From positions 2,994,399-3,058,398 of the forward strand of contig MU053934.1 of assembly GCA_013239625.1 (NCBI GenBank): 64,000 nucleotides of DNA, given 5' to 3'. Shown piece by piece: positions 62,845-64,000 of the stretch. The position numbers and the translations under genes were made by a program. A model generated the notes under the pieces. That model did not search any database and was not told where the DNA came from. It was given only the letters and a program-made list of their open reading frames with translations. Positions within the stretch are counted from its first letter, which is position 1, and each line of letters starts with the position of its first letter. The stretch comes from Lama guanicoe. Lineage: Eukaryota.

Positions 62845-63150
62845 TCAGCTAGACACCTTATGCCAACCTCCCTTCTGTTAGGTGCAGCCATGTGACTGAG
62901 TCTGGCCAGTGGAATGTGGGTGGAAGTGATACCCTTTCCCTCCTCTTCCCCTGTAAGAACCCACTGGAGAGATGTGAAGCCCTAGGAGCTGGGGGAGCCA
63001 TGTGAAGGACAGATCTTCACCCCCCCCCAAATACGCAGACAACCCACACCGGACTGTCACATGAGCAAGAAATACACTTTCATTGCATGGGGCCTCTGAG
63101 ATTTGGAAGTTTTTGTTTCCACAATTAGTGGGCTTTACCCTGACTAATTT
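62845..63150 (+). mobile_element. Old MaLR LTR (MLT1I/J-like)
   Basis: gccatgtgactgagtctggccagtggaatgtgggtggaagtga...catgagcaagaaata...ctgagatttgg...cctgactaat. Confidence 0.6.
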
Positions 63151-64000
63151 GGAAAGTGTCCACAGGTACCTGAGCTGGATGTTAAAGCCAGGTGAGGAAG
63201 GGTGAAAAGGGCCATCCAGGGACAGGCCCCAGGGCTTGTCAAGTACATTATTCATCCCCCACCCCAGTCCCACGGCCACCTGCCCCCCAACACTGGCCAG
63301 TTCCACGGCAGCCCCCTTACTGGCCTCCCTGTTCCCACTACTGACCCCTCCGGTCTGTTCTCCGCTCAGCAGCCAGAATAATCTTTCCCAAACTCAAATC
63401 AGGTCATTTCACTGCACCACCCCCTTTAAAACTTTCCAGCGCATTAAAAATAAAATCCAGGCTCTTAATCATGGCCTCAAAGTCCTGTGCTCATCTCTGA
63501 ACCTCCCTCCAGCTTGGGCATTACTGCCGGTCAGCAGACATGCCAAGCTCCCCCACCCCAGCCCCGTGTTCACACTGAGCCCTGCGTAGACTGCTCCTCT
63601 GCTCTCTGCAGAACTAGCACCTGCCTTCTTATTTTCCAGGCAAGGAAACTGAGGCTCACGGGTCACTCAGCCAGAAGGTGGCCAAGCCAGGATTAGAATC
63701 AGCCAGGATTAGAATGGAGGACATGAGATTCTCCCTGAGGTAACCTGAAGAGGAATCCAGAAGCTTCTCTGATGTCAGGGGCCTCACAGAGCCCACCCCG
63801 GCCTGCCCAGACCTTTGTCTCAGGAGCTCTGGGGATTGGACCCAGCCTCCCCTCCCAGCACCCAAACCACCAAGCACATCAAACCCTCGTTCCTGTAACT
63901 GCCTTTCCTGTCCCGTCCGTGCTCTGTCCTCACTGTCTCACTGTGAACCAACCTCCCTGCACCCTCAGCTTTTGAGGACACAGCCCCAACCCTGCCCCAC

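Noticed and set aside
62845..63150. LTR as alternative IL2RB promoter, by analogy with the human placental THE1D promoter
   Set aside because: Old, degraded MLT1 copy oriented opposite to IL2RB; THE1 elements are primate-specific
63685..63715. Direct repeat AGCCAGGATTAGAAT x2 (similar small duplication near 54667-54700)
   Set aside because: Simple local tandem duplication at MIR edges; not a CRISPR-like or TSD-flanked structure

Overview
GC-rich mammalian genomic DNA, very probably camelid: a Vic-1-type tRNA-Ala SINE is present. It holds two minus-strand genes in the conserved order IL2RB -> TMPRSS6. IL2RB (IL-2/IL-15 receptor beta, CD122) is complete: non-coding exon 1 at about 60554-60650, nine coding exons from 57332 to 44964 (1665 nt, 554 aa) and a 3'UTR of about 2.2 kb ending near 42780. 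TMPRSS6 (matriptase-2) is partial: non-coding exon 1 at about 28243-28302 and coding exons from ATG 24678 through the TM, SEA, CUB1, CUB2 and LDLRA domains. Its protease domain lies beyond the left edge. All exon boundaries were read from the sequence and phases are consistent. The rest is introns and intergenic DNA with L1, L2, MIR, MaLR/ERV LTRs and DNA transposons. I found no convincing new multi-gene system. The best leads are an intact CCAAT/octamer-rich solo LTR nested in an L1 just upstream of the TMPRSS6 promoter, an Arg42->Trp change at an IL-2-contacting position of IL2RB, and a rare GAG/AAG tandem acceptor at IL2RB exon 7. Also notable are an IL2RB uORF whose stop overlaps the main ATG, a GC-donor alternative TMPRSS6 first exon in frame with the CDS, intronic HRE/E-box clusters, and one orphan coding-like segment in the intergenic region. 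Comparisons with human and mouse are from memory, not from database searches.
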